Notes: generated by a model not told the origin, from the letters alone. Counted from the stretch's first letter, positions 38,495-48,385 are shown. The stretch: DNA of 64,000 bases from an uncultured Chloroflexia bacterium (GCA_963813335.1 CAWEYL010000001.1:1056001-1120000), one strand, 5' to 3'. Made by a program: numbers and translations.

Positions 38495-38989
38495 CTACGC
38501 GGTGACCGGGGCGCCGGCCCCGTCACGCATCGCCACGGCGGCCGCGCGGATCGCGGCCACGATGTTGTGGTAGCCGGTGCAGCGGCAGATGTTGCCCTCC
38601 AGCGCGTGCCGGATCTCGTCGTCGGACGGGTCGGGGTTGTGCGCCAGCAGGTCGGCCGCGGTCATGATCATGCCCGGCGTGCAGAACCCGCACTGCAGCC
38701 CGTGCTTCTCCCAGAAGGCGTTCTGCAGCGGGTGCAGGCCGGTGTCGGGGGCCATCCCCTCGATGGTCGTGACCTGCGCGCCGTCGGCCTGGACGGCGAG
38801 CATCGTGCACGACTTCACCGCGCGCCCATCGACGTGGACGGTGCAGGCACCGCACTGGCTGGTATCGCAGCCGACGTGGGTGCCGGTCAGGTCCAGGTCC
38901 TCGCGGAGGGCCTGGACCAGCAGCCGTCTCGGCTCGACGTCGAGGTCCCGTGTCGTCCCGTTGACCGTCAACTGGATGTGCTCGCCCAC
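38495..38989 (-). CDS. Molybdenum hydroxylase 2Fe-2S subunit (second CoxS-like)
   Basis: [26 protein letters not shown]; GGAGGAGG RBS. Confidence 0.93.
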   Translation of the reverse strand: MGEHIQLTVNGTTRDLDVEPRRLLVQALREDLDLTGTHVGCDTSQCGACTVHVDGRAVKSCTMLAVQADGAQVTTIEGMAPDTGLHPLQNAFWEKHGLQCGFCTPGMIMTAADLLAHNPDPSDDEIRHALEGNICRCTGYHNIVAAIRAAAVAMRDGAGAPVTA

Positions 38990-39138
38990 GGGCGTGACCT
39001 CCTCCGGCTACGTGTCGCGCGGCGCGTGTCCAGCCGCGCACCCCTGGAGCATCCGGGTCCTCGCGACGACGGGGAACGTGGTCGTCGAGGTGCGCCGATG
39101 GTGGCACCGTGGCGACCCGGAATCAAGCGGGTCGCGGA

Positions 39139-40002
39139 TCAGGGTCGCGGCGGGCGCGACGACGATGGGTCGTAGCGCCCGAGGGCCGCGCTCCGGATGT
39201 CGATCGCGCGCGGATCGAGGGCGGCCATCCGCTCCGCCTGGGGCAGGCCCAGGATGCGCACTGCCTCGGCGATGCGCTCGAGCTTGCGGACGGCCGCGTT
39301 CCACGAGAGGCCGGCGAGCGAGCCGGCCGTGGCAAGCCCGACGCGCTGGATGCCGCGGCCGCCGCTCGCCGCGTAGCTCGCGGCCCAGACCAGCAGCTCC
39401 TTCGCGTCGTCGCTGCCCTCGGTGGTCGCGAGCGCGCCGCAGATGATCCCGCGCACGCGCGGGGCGGCGCGGACCAGGCGCCAGTTGTCCGGGCCGTCGA
39501 TGAGGTCGACCGCCAGGCTGGCATACGGGGTGGTCAGGATGGTCTCGGCCCCCGCGGCCTCGGCGGACCCCCCCACGATGGCCAGCGAGAGGTGGACGTC
39601 CGGCGCGGCATCGGTCAGCCGCTCGTGGAGGTCCAGGAACCGGGCACGGGCCGCCCCGTCGTCGCCGATGCGCACCGCCTCGGGCTCGTGGACCTCGATC
39701 AGCTGGCAGCCGGCGGCCGCCAGTTCGGCGATGCGGCGGCGCCACGGCTCCACCGAGCCGCCCAGGGGCACGCCCGCCGAGAACGGCCCCGCCAGCACCG
39801 CCTTGACGGCCGTGTCGGCCCGCGCTGCGGTCGCCCGCCAGGCCGCCACCGGGTCGTCGGCGACCAGCGGCCAGCCGCCGTCGGTCAGGGGCTCGAGGGC
39901 GGCGGCGAGCTGGACCTCGAGGACGGCGTCGAGGATGGCCTCGGGCGCGGCGTCCGGTTCGAGGGGCGGGCGCGGCAGCGGCCCGAGCAGGGTTCCGAAC
40001 AT
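39139..40002 (-). CDS. Cobalamin-independent methionine synthase (MetE) catalytic-domain-like protein, Zn ligands degenerate
   Basis: [41 protein letters not shown], final AVRKLERI. Confidence 0.6.
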   Translation of the reverse strand: MFGTLLGPLPRPPLEPDAAPEAILDAVLEVQLAAALEPLTDGGWPLVADDPVAAWRATAARADTAVKAVLAGPFSAGVPLGGSVEPWRRRIAELAAAGCQLIEVHEPEAVRIGDDGAARARFLDLHERLTDAAPDVHLSLAIVGGSAEAAGAETILTTPYASLAVDLIDGPDNWRLVRAAPRVRGIICGALATTEGSDDAKELLVWAASYAASGGRGIQRVGLATAGSLAGLSWNAAVRKLERIAEAVRILGLPQAERMAALDPRAIDIRSAALGRYDPSSSRPPRP

Positions 40003-40145
40003 GGTCCTCCGTGGCCGTCGGTCCGGCCGGCGGGCCGGCGCGGTGCCGCGTCGCCGTCGGCGGCGTTCGCTAGCATGAGGGGACCGGGCCATCTTGCCAC
40101 AGGCGCCCGGGCACCCGGACACCGGTCCCCGCTCCGAGGCTCGCC

Positions 40146-41921
40146 TTGCCCGTCCTTCCGCCCCGACTGGTCCGTTTCGTCCCGATCCTCGGCTGGATCC
40201 CGACCTATGACCGCGCCGACCTGCGACCGGACCTGGTCGCCGGCCTCGTCGGCTGGGGTGTCATGGTCCCGGTCGCGATGGCCTACGCCGGGCTCGCCGG
40301 CCTGCCGCCCCAGATCGGGCTGGTCACCGCGTTCGCCGCGATGGCCGCGTACGCCGTCTTCGGCACGTCGCGCCACCTGAAGGTGACCACGAGCTCGTCG
40401 GTCGCGGTCATGTCCGCGGCGGTCGTCGGCGCGCTGGCCGTGGCCGGTGAACCCCGGTACGCCGAGCTGAGCGCAGCCCTGGCCCTGATGGTCGGCCTGT
40501 TCCTGCTCGTGGCCGGCCTCGCCCGGCTGGGCTTCATGTCGCAATTCCTCGCGAAGTCGGTGGTCACCGGCTTCGTCATCGGCCTGGCCATCACCGTCAT
40601 GGTGTCGCAGCTGCCGGCGCTGCTCGGCCTGCCGGCCTCATCGGGCGGCGTCCTCCAGCGCGTGCTGGACCTGCTCGGCCGGGGACAGTCCCTGAGCGTC
40701 AACACATTGGTCGTGGGCCTGAGCGCGGTCCTCCTCATCCTGGTGCTCCGCCGGACCGCCCCGAAGGTCCCGGGCGCCCTCATCGCCCTGGTCGGCGGGA
40801 TCGCCGTGTCCGCCGTCCTCGACCTCTCGAGCAAGGGGGTCGCGGTCGTCGGGACGGTCCAGACCGGCATCCCGTCTCCCTCGCTGCCGGTCGTCGCGAT
40901 CCAGGACATCGGCTTCCTCGCGACCGGCGCGATGGGGATCGTCTTCCTCGCCCTGGCCGAGAGCCTCGGGGCCGGCCGCTCGTTCGCCAGCCGCCATGGC
41001 TACGACCTGGACCCGGACCAGGAGCTGGTGGCCCTCGGCGCCAGCAACGTCGCGACCGGGATCTTCGGCGGCTTCGTGGTCGACGCCAGCCTGTCGCAGT
41101 CGGCGACCGGCGAGGCGGCCGGGGCGCGGACCCAGCTCGCCTCGCTCCTGACCTCCGCCCTGATCCTCGGCACGGCGATCGTCCTGGCCCCCCTCTTCGC
41201 GGACCTGCCCAAGGCGGTCCTCGCCGCGATCGTCATCACCTCGGTGCTGAGCCTGGTCGACCTGGACGAGCTGCGGCGCTACTGGGCGCTGCGCCGGACC
41301 GACCTGATCCTCGCTCTGACGGCGCTGGTCGGGGTCATCGCGACCAGCGCCCTCGTCGGGATGGTCATCGCGGTCATGCTCTCCCTGGCCGTCATCCTCT
41401 ACCAGGCCAGCCGCCCGTACATCGCCCACCTGGGACTGCTGCCCGGCAAGCCGAAGTCGTATGGCGACTTCTCGCGCCACCCGCGCGCCCGTGCGGTACC
41501 GGGGGTCCTCATCCTCCGCCCGGAGGTGCCGCTGACCTTCGTGAACTCGGGCGTCGCCAAGGACCAGATCGTGGCCGCCGTCCGCGCGGCCAGGCCCCAG
41601 CCGACGGTGCTGGTCCTCGACCTGAGTGCGACCGCCGACCTCGACATCGCCACGATCGACATGTTCGCGGAGCTGATCGCGTTCCTGCGCGACCTGGGGA
41701 TCACCCTGCGCCTGGCCCAGGTCCGCGGCACCGTCCGCGACCGGATGCGCCGTTCCGGGCTGATGGCCTCGGTCGGCGAGACCAACGTCTACCTGGCGAT
41801 GGTCGCCGCGGTCGAGGCGAGGGGCGAGGACGCCCAGGCCGCGGAAGCGCCGGAGACCAGCCCCGCCAGCAACGGCGCCGGCAGCGCGAGCGAGGCGGAG
41901 CCCGCCAACCCGCCGATCTGA
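40146..41921 (+). CDS. SulP-family anion transporter with STAS domain
   Basis: DLVAGL, MAYAGLAGLPP, YAVFGTSRHL, NQE-like DQELVALG, C-terminal STAS. Confidence 0.93.
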   Translation: MPVLPPRLVRFVPILGWIPTYDRADLRPDLVAGLVGWGVMVPVAMAYAGLAGLPPQIGLVTAFAAMAAYAVFGTSRHLKVTTSSSVAVMSAAVVGALAVAGEPRYAELSAALALMVGLFLLVAGLARLGFMSQFLAKSVVTGFVIGLAITVMVSQLPALLGLPASSGGVLQRVLDLLGRGQSLSVNTLVVGLSAVLLILVLRRTAPKVPGALIALVGGIAVSAVLDLSSKGVAVVGTVQTGIPSPSLPVVAIQDIGFLATGAMGIVFLALAESLGAGRSFASRHGYDLDPDQELVALGASNVATGIFGGFVVDASLSQSATGEAAGARTQLASLLTSALILGTAIVLAPLFADLPKAVLAAIVITSVLSLVDLDELRRYWALRRTDLILALTALVGVIATSALVGMVIAVMLSLAVILYQASRPYIAHLGLLPGKPKSYGDFSRHPRARAVPGVLILRPEVPLTFVNSGVAKDQIVAAVRAARPQPTVLVLDLSATADLDIATIDMFAELIAFLRDLGITLRLAQVRGTVRDRMRRSGLMASVGETNVYLAMVAAVEARGEDAQAAEAPETSPASNGAGSASEAEPANPPI

Positions 41922-43159
41922 ACACCGAGCCAGGTCGGGGTGCCGATGAGGACCGCGACGATGACGACGATCGCGATGACGCCGACGCCGATCCAGTCCA
42001 GGGCGCGCGGTGCGGTCACCCGCCGCGCCGCGGGCGGTACCGCCGAGGCGAGTGCCGCTGCGCCGACCGAGGTCGGGCGTGGGCCGGTCGCCGGTCGCAT
42101 CCACATGGTGGCCAGCGTCGGGACGCCGCTCGGCGGGATCAACCCGCCGAGCCACAGCCCGGCGAACAGGCCACCGAGGTGGGCCGCGTTGTCGATCCCG
42201 CCGACCGCGAACCCGAATCCGATGTTGATCACGATCAGGAAGAGCAGCTGGCTCATGATCGCGCGGCTCGCGTGGTCGACGGGATGGTGGACCCGCCCGG
42301 CCGCGAAGACGATCCCGAAGAGCCCGAAGATCGCGCCCGACGCCCCGACCGCGAACGGGGCCGCGCCGAAGACGAAGCTGGCCGCCGAGCCGGCCGCGGC
42401 GCAGGCCAGGTAGAAGACCAGGAACCGCAGCGAGCCGTACCAGCGCTCCACGATCGGTCCGACGAGGTAGAGCGCGTACATGTTGAAGAACAGGTGGAGC
42501 GGGTCGGCGTGGACGAGCGTCACGGTCCACAGCCGCCAGTACTCGCCGGCCGCCACCGCCGGCTTGTCGAGCATCAGCGCGTCGGTCAGCGACGAGCCTT
42601 CGGTGGTGAGCATCGCGACCAGCGAGACGATGACCGTCGCCACGATGACCACGATCGAGAGCGGGATGAGCGGCCCGTCGCCGCGGCCGCGCGCGAAATA
42701 GCGCTTCGCCGAGCCGCTGTCGCCGGTCTCCTTGGCCAGCCAGCCCAGCCGGGTCGCGATCTCGGCCTTGTCCTCCGCCGGCGCCCGCCGGTCCGCTTCG
42801 CGGTAGGCCCGCATGGCCGCGCTGAGGGCGCCGACGCGGACACTCGAGGCGGCCAGGTTCCGCCATGCCCGATAGGTCGACGGGGTCTCGCCGAGCTGGA
42901 CGACGGCCTCCCAGCTGGCGACCGCGCCGTCCTCGTCGTCCAGCCGGTAGCGTGCCTCGCCGAGGCCGAGCAGGGCCGCGGCGGTGACCGCCGGGTCGTC
43001 GAAGCCGACGACCCGGGCGTAATGGGCCGCGGCCCCCTGGAAGTCCCCGGCATGGAGGAGGTCGTCCGCGCGCGCGAGGAGACCGACGGCGGCCTCGCGC
43101 GTCAGCGGCCCGGGGCGGCTCGGATCGGACCCATCCGGGGCGGGTCGGTCGTCGTCCAT
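41789..43159 (-). CDS. Rhomboid intramembrane serine protease with N-terminal TPR-like repeats
   Basis: EYWRL, HLFFNM, GASGAIFG, AHLGG. The 3' end overlaps SulP. Confidence 0.88.
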   Translation of the reverse strand: MDDDRPAPDGSDPSRPGPLTREAAVGLLARADDLLHAGDFQGAAAHYARVVGFDDPAVTAAALLGLGEARYRLDDEDGAVASWEAVVQLGETPSTYRAWRNLAASSVRVGALSAAMRAYREADRRAPAEDKAEIATRLGWLAKETGDSGSAKRYFARGRGDGPLIPLSIVVIVATVIVSLVAMLTTEGSSLTDALMLDKPAVAAGEYWRLWTVTLVHADPLHLFFNMYALYLVGPIVERWYGSLRFLVFYLACAAAGSAASFVFGAAPFAVGASGAIFGLFGIVFAAGRVHHPVDHASRAIMSQLLFLIVINIGFGFAVGGIDNAAHLGGLFAGLWLGGLIPPSGVPTLATMWMRPATGPRPTSVGAAALASAVPPAARRVTAPRALDWIGVGVIAIVVIVAVLIGTPTWLGVQIGGLAGSASLALPAPLLAGLVSGASAAWASSPLASTAATIAR

Positions 43160-43375
43160 CGCGGGGACGATACAGGAGCCCGCCGCCGGCCGGGGAGCGC
43201 CCTCCCGCCCCGGCTCGAACGGCGTCCCATACGCACCTTTCAGGCCACCTTACATTTGACGGCCTTCCTCTAGGACCATCGGCGCGACCGTCGGAACGAC
43301 CGACCCTCTCGCAACGGCGCCGACCCCACGGCACGATCGGGCGGTCGGAATCGCTCCGCTTCGGGGTCTGCAACG

Positions 43376-43531
43376 TTGACGAACCACCGGGTCATCCGCT
43401 CGCGCCAGCTCATCGTCGGGATCGTCCTGGCGATGGCCGTGGTCGCCTGCCAGGGTCCGGGCGCCACGGAGACGCCGCGCGGCGACGCCGGCCCAGGCAC
43501 CCCGACGGCCGCCACGGAGGCACGCGCATGA
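43376..43531 (+). CDS. Small putative lipoprotein (51 aa), not in ORF track
   Basis: TTG start; MTNHRVIRSRQLIVGIVLAMAVVAC lipobox; its stop overlaps the tadE ATG (ATGA). Confidence 0.55.
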   Translation: MTNHRVIRSRQLIVGIVLAMAVVACQGPGATETPRGDAGPGTPTAATEARA

Positions 43532-44127
43532 CGCGCTCCCCTCGCGCACGGGTCCGCCGCCGCTCGTCCGGCCAGTCGCTGGTCGAGTTCGCGCTGGTCT
43601 TCCCGATCTTCTTCACGATCCTCCTCGGGATCGTCGAGTTCGCCTTCGCGTTCAACGCGATCCTGTCCGTGAACTTCGCATCCCGGAACGCCGCCCTCTA
43701 CGCCGCCGAGGCCAGCACCGGGTCCGGCGCGGACTGCGTGATCCTCAACAGCATCGAGCACGACATCACCGCCCCGGCCGACTCGCGCCACGTCAACTCG
43801 GTCGACATCTACCGGGCGAAGTCCAACGGCGACCCGTACACGCCGTCCGAGAAGACGACCTACACGCGGACGGGTTCGACGACCTGCACCAACCCGGACG
43901 GGTCGACCACCTCGGTCCCGTACACGCGGACGCTGAACGGCTATCCCGAGATCAACCGCTGCAACATCCTGGCCGGCTGCGGCGGAACCCACACCACCAT
44001 CGACCACATCGGGGTCCGCGTCTTCTACACCCACACCTACGTGACGCCGCTGCAGACGTTCGTGGGGCTCGGCTCGAGCCTGACGTTCGACCGCTCCAAC
44101 GTCATGCGCATGGAGCCGATCCTGTGA
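43528..44127 (+). CDS. tadE: TadE-family minor pilin
   Basis: SGQSLVEFALVFPIFF..GIVEF..ASRNAA. Confidence 0.88.
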   Translation: MTRSPRARVRRRSSGQSLVEFALVFPIFFTILLGIVEFAFAFNAILSVNFASRNAALYAAEASTGSGADCVILNSIEHDITAPADSRHVNSVDIYRAKSNGDPYTPSEKTTYTRTGSTTCTNPDGSTTSVPYTRTLNGYPEINRCNILAGCGGTHTTIDHIGVRVFYTHTYVTPLQTFVGLGSSLTFDRSNVMRMEPIL

Positions 44128-44768
44128 CCCGCCCCGTCGGCGCCGCCCGGCGCACCCGTCGCTCCGGCGAGCGCGGCCAGAGCCTGGTCGAGTTCGCCAT
44201 GGTCGTCACCGTGATGCTGCTGCTGCTGCTCGGCATGCTCGAGTTCGGCTTCGTCTTCGACCATCACCTGACCATCGAGTACGCGTCGCGCGAAGGCGCG
44301 CGGACCGCGTCCGCCATGGCCAACGGCGGCGGCACGGTCGGCTGCGGATCCGGCCAGTCGCCCAATGCCGCGACCGTCGACCCGCAGATCATCGCCGCGG
44401 TCCAGCGCGTGCTGACCTCGCCCGGCTCGCCGATCGTCCCCAGCCGCGTCGGCACGATCAAGATCTATAAAGCCACCTCGACCGGCGACGTCAGCGGCAG
44501 CTCGGTCAACACCTGGGTCTACAGCGCCGGTGCCGGCCCCGTGGTCGACGGCAAGGCCCTCGACTTCGTGCAGTCCGGTGGCACCGGCTGGGCCGCGTGC
44601 CTGCGCAACAACGGCACGCCGGCGGACTCGGTCGGCGTAAGCCTCTCCTACAGCTACCACCTCGTCACGCCGCTGTCCGCGATCATGGGCTTCTTCGGCA
44701 GCGGCACCGGTCCCACCACCATCCCCATCACGGACAAGACCGTCATGGCCCTCAATCCGGGAACCTGA
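44124..44768 (+). CDS. tadE: TadE-family minor pilin (second)
   Basis: ERGQSLVEFAMV..GMLEFG..ASREGAR. Confidence 0.88.
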   Translation: MTRPVGAARRTRRSGERGQSLVEFAMVVTVMLLLLLGMLEFGFVFDHHLTIEYASREGARTASAMANGGGTVGCGSGQSPNAATVDPQIIAAVQRVLTSPGSPIVPSRVGTIKIYKATSTGDVSGSSVNTWVYSAGAGPVVDGKALDFVQSGGTGWAACLRNNGTPADSVGVSLSYSYHLVTPLSAIMGFFGSGTGPTTIPITDKTVMALNPGT

Positions 44769-44770
44769 GA

Positions 44771-46996
44771 ATGCCTGCTGAACCTCGCTCCAACCGCATC
44801 CCGGCTCGCATCCGCGAGCGCGGCCAGGTCGTCGTCATCTTCGCGATGGCGGTCATCCTGTTCGTCGGCCTGTGCGCGATCGTCATCGACGTCTCGTGGT
44901 ACTGGGCCAACAGCCTGCGCATGCAGCGCGCGGCCGACGCCGCCGCCCTCGCGGGCGTCATCTACCTGCCCGGCAACGTCGGCAGCGCGGTCTCGACCGC
45001 CCGGGCCGAGGCGGTGAAGAACGGCTACACGGACGGCGTCGGCGGGGTCTCCGTCACGCCCTTCCAGGACGCGACCAACAACCGCCGCCTGCGGGTGACG
45101 GTCAGCGGGCCGGTCAACACGTTCTTCGCCCGGGTCCTCGGCATCAACTCGTTCTCGGCGTCGCGCAACTCGAAGGCGGAGTATGTCCTGCCCGTGCCGA
45201 TGGGCAGCCCGGAGAACTACTACGGCGTATTCGGCGAGCTGCGCCACCCCGGCGGCGGCATCACGACCGTCACGACGAATACCTTCACCAACGTCACGAC
45301 CAGCTGGTTCAGCCCGACGGCACTCAAAGGCACCAACGCCTGGACGAACCCGAGCAACGTCTTCACGAGCAACGACGCCCGCGCCACCTCGGCGACCGCC
45401 AACCAGCTCCAGCAGTGGGGCACCCTCGGCGTCACCTTCAACGGCACGGTCACCGCGATCCGCGGGATCGAGCTCAGCGCGGAGATGAGCCGCTCGGGAT
45501 CGGGCAACCAGTCGAACTGCCAGGTCCAGTTCGACCTGTCGTACAACAACGGCGGGAACTTCACGACGGGGACCGGCCTCAAGACATCGACGGCGATCCC
45601 GCTCCAGGCCTCGGAGGCCTATCAGTCGCTGGGCAACACGACCGACACATGGGGGCGGACCTGGGCCGCCGGCGACTTCAGCAACACGAACTTCCGCATC
45701 CGCGCCAAGACCATCAAACCGACCACAGCCGTCTGCGCGGCCGCCATCGTGCACCAGATCGACCATCTCCGGGTGCGGGTCACCTACGACTACACGACCA
45801 CGACATCCGTCTTCACGCCCGACACGAACGTCGCGAGCCCGTACGGCGGCGCGCTGACCCCGCGCGGCTTCTGGGGCGTCATGCTGACCGAGGGTGCGGA
45901 GAGCGTGAACGGCGACGCCTACTCGCCCTTCTACGACACGCGCACCTCGGCGAACAACCCGAACTTCAAGCCGAATGACTACTACGACTACGCCGTCGAG
46001 ATGCCGGCCGGCTCGAGCAGTGGCGAGGTCTGGATCTACGACCCGGGCTTCTGCGCCGTCGCCTCGGACATGGGCACCGGTGACCGCTACTTCGGCAACA
46101 CGAACACCAACGGCTCCAACGAGGTCAGCGCGTACTACGACCTGTACGACACGAAGAACACGCTGTATGACATCAGCGACGACGGTGCAGCCGTAGCGAG
46201 CTCAGGCTCCACCTTCGCCCACCTCGCCGCGACCGATGCATCGATGAACGGGCCCGCGCTGAGCGGCGGCAACCTCGCTGACTGCTCGGACACCGCGGTC
46301 GGGAGCGACACCACCAATCCGCAGTACTACCACAACCGCTGGTGGCGGCTGGCCAGCGGCCTCGCCGGCAACAAGACGTACCGCGTCCACGTGACGTCCA
46401 CGAACCTGGCCAACCTCAACGACCAGAAGAACATGAACGGCCAGAACAGCTTCGCGATCTGGACGAGCGCCACCGGTGTCATGCCGAAGGTCCACGGCCT
46501 GGGCGCCATGGAGGCGTACACGCCGCTCGAGCCGAGCACGAGCGCCGAGTTCTACCTGGCCCAGATCGAGGCTGCCCACGCCGGCAAGACCATGGAGATC
46601 AAGCTCTGGGACCCGGGCGACACGAACAGCCTGTCGGCCAACCTCCAGATCCGGATCCCGACGACCACCGGCTACACCAACGCCTCGCTGAACTACACCG
46701 CGGTCAAGGGCACGACCAACTCGGGCGCCAACAACTGCAACTCCACGAGCGGCACCGGTGCCTCGAACATCCCGACCAACTCGGGCGGCAGCGGCGGCCA
46801 GCTGTTCAATGGCTGCTGGGTGACCATCCTGATCCCGATCCCGACCACCTACACGGCGCCGACCCCGCCCGGCGAGGCCGAGCCCGGCTGGTGGAAGATC
46901 CGCTACAACATGGGCAGCGGTAGTGCCAGCGCCTTCGACCTGACCACCTGGCAGGTCCAGATCCGCGGCAACCCGGTGCACCTGATCCTCCCCTGA
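44771..46996 (+). CDS. tadG: TadG-like pilus tip/adhesin protein
   Basis: ERGQVVVIFA..IVIDVS..MQRAADAAALAG, followed by a large N/T/S/G-rich exported region. Confidence 0.85.
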   Translation: MPAEPRSNRIPARIRERGQVVVIFAMAVILFVGLCAIVIDVSWYWANSLRMQRAADAAALAGVIYLPGNVGSAVSTARAEAVKNGYTDGVGGVSVTPFQDATNNRRLRVTVSGPVNTFFARVLGINSFSASRNSKAEYVLPVPMGSPENYYGVFGELRHPGGGITTVTTNTFTNVTTSWFSPTALKGTNAWTNPSNVFTSNDARATSATANQLQQWGTLGVTFNGTVTAIRGIELSAEMSRSGSGNQSNCQVQFDLSYNNGGNFTTGTGLKTSTAIPLQASEAYQSLGNTTDTWGRTWAAGDFSNTNFRIRAKTIKPTTAVCAAAIVHQIDHLRVRVTYDYTTTTSVFTPDTNVASPYGGALTPRGFWGVMLTEGAESVNGDAYSPFYDTRTSANNPNFKPNDYYDYAVEMPAGSSSGEVWIYDPGFCAVASDMGTGDRYFGNTNTNGSNEVSAYYDLYDTKNTLYDISDDGAAVASSGSTFAHLAATDASMNGPALSGGNLADCSDTAVGSDTTNPQYYHNRWWRLASGLAGNKTYRVHVTSTNLANLNDQKNMNGQNSFAIWTSATGVMPKVHGLGAMEAYTPLEPSTSAEFYLAQIEAAHAGKTMEIKLWDPGDTNSLSANLQIRIPTTTGYTNASLNYTAVKGTTNSGANNCNSTSGTGASNIPTNSGGSGGQLFNGCWVTILIPIPTTYTAPTPPGEAEPGWWKIRYNMGSGSASAFDLTTWQVQIRGNPVHLILP

Positions 46997-47024
46997 CCCA
47001 GGGGCGACCCCACCGCGACAAGCA

Positions 47025-47057
47025 GCGAACCCCCCCGCCGATCGGCGGGGGGTTCGC
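47025..47057 (+). terminator. Stem-loop after tadG
   Basis: GCGAA-C7-GCCG-AT-CGGC-G6-TTCGC. Confidence 0.7.
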
Positions 47058-47083
47058 CGTTGCCCGCCGACTAGACTTGGCCC

Positions 47084-47812
47084 GTGTGCGGGCGATTCAC
47101 CCAGGAGCGGCCGGCGTCGGAGCTCGCGGAGATCTTCGGGGCGGAACCGCTCGCCGACGATCCCGGCGGGCGCTACAACGTGGCCCCCACCGACGAGGCG
47201 ATGGTCGTCGTCCAGCGCGAGGACCGCCGCGCCGTCACCGGCTACCGCTGGGGCCTGATCCCCCATTGGGCGGCGAACGCCAAGGTCGGCTCGAAGATGT
47301 TCAACGCCCGGGCCGAGACCCTGACGACCAGCCCGGCGTTCCGCGAGGCGTTCAAGCGCCGGCGCTGCCTCGTGCCGGTCAATTCGTTCTACGAATGGAA
47401 GCGCGAGGGGACGGCACGCCAGCCGTACCGCGTGCTCCGCACGGACCGCCGCCCGCTTGCGCTCGCCGGGCTGTGGGCCGGCTGGAAGGACCCGGCGACC
47501 GAGACGGTCCGCCGGACCTTCACGATCGTGACCACCACGCCCAACGAGGCGCTGCGCGGCCTGCATGACCGGATGCCGGTCGTGGTCGAGGAGGATGCCT
47601 GGGACCGCTGGCTCGGCGCGGAACCGGCCGAGCCGGGCGAACTGCTCGGCCTGCTCCTCCCCGACGAGCGGGTCGACCTCGAGATCTACGCGGTCGTGCG
47701 GGACGTCAACGACGTCCGGCGGGACGGGCCCGGGCTCATCGAGCCGTGGTCGGCGCCTGTCGACGCGCCGCCGGCACCCGGCCTGTTCGACGGGTCAGCC
47801 GCCGACCGCTGA
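47084..47812 (+). CDS. SOS response-associated peptidase (SRAP/YedK/HMCES)
   Basis: MCGRF, RYNVAPT, WGLIP, FNARAET, RRCLVP..FYEW, HDRMP. Confidence 0.95.
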   Translation: MCGRFTQERPASELAEIFGAEPLADDPGGRYNVAPTDEAMVVVQREDRRAVTGYRWGLIPHWAANAKVGSKMFNARAETLTTSPAFREAFKRRRCLVPVNSFYEWKREGTARQPYRVLRTDRRPLALAGLWAGWKDPATETVRRTFTIVTTTPNEALRGLHDRMPVVVEEDAWDRWLGAEPAEPGELLGLLLPDERVDLEIYAVVRDVNDVRRDGPGLIEPWSAPVDAPPAPGLFDGSAADR

Positions 47813-48361
47813 CCATCCGCCGGCGGCGTCGATCGTCGTCGAGAAGGCCGTGGCGGCATCGAGGCCGCGATCCAGCGCCGCGGCATACGCCCCCACCAGC
47901 GAGCCGAATGCGCCGTCGGGGTCGTCGGCGGGCGAGCCGAGGACGGTCGCGTCCGCCGGCAGTCCATCCGGGACGGGGGCGCCGTGCGGCAGCAGGACGA
48001 CCAGTGCCGCACGGTTCCATGCCGCCGCGGCCACCGCCACGTCCGTGAGCCCCGGGTCAGGCGATGCCAGCACCAGGACGCCCACGTCGGCCAGGTAGCG
48101 AAGGGCCAGGTCCAGGTCCGCCGCCTCGAGCATCGGGCCGCCCGCCGTCGGCGGCTGGCGAAGGGTGGCGACATGCGACACGCCGGCCTTGGCGAGGTGC
48201 AGCAGCATGGCGTCGCCATCGGGGTCGTCGACGACCCGCGCGACCAGCTGGACGGTCGACCCGGCAGCGGCCGCGGCGAGCGCGGCAGCAGCGGCCGGTC
48301 CGCCCGCACGGGTACCCGCGGCCGATCGCTGCGGGACGGGCTGGCCGACGACGACGATCAC
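47795..48361 (-). CDS. Truncated/degenerate PfkB-like protein
   Basis: AGGPAAAAALAAA..VQLVARVVDDPDG..LAKAGV matches the PfkB N-terminal signature; the catalytic GAGD is absent. Confidence 0.55.
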   Translation of the reverse strand: MIVVVGQPVPQRSAAGTRAGGPAAAAALAAAAAGSTVQLVARVVDDPDGDAMLLHLAKAGVSHVATLRQPPTAGGPMLEAADLDLALRYLADVGVLVLASPDPGLTDVAVAAAAWNRAALVVLLPHGAPVPDGLPADATVLGSPADDPDGAFGSLVGAYAAALDRGLDAATAFSTTIDAAGGWSAVGG

Positions 48362-48385
48362 CGTGTCAGCCTAGCGCGCGGCGGC

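Noticed and set aside
35206-38526. 1106-aa large-plus-medium subunit fusion in the ORF track
   Set aside because: Artefact of the frameshift near 36935. The true large-subunit C-terminus is in ORF 36057-36929, and the FAD subunit has its own RBS and ATGA overlap.
43200-43375. c-di-GMP riboswitch upstream of the Tad cassette
   Set aside because: Hairpins are present, but I could not find the conserved class I or II core nucleotides.
47025-47083. LexA box upstream of SRAP
   Set aside because: GAAC and GTTC are the arms of the terminator hairpin and are far from the N4 spacing.
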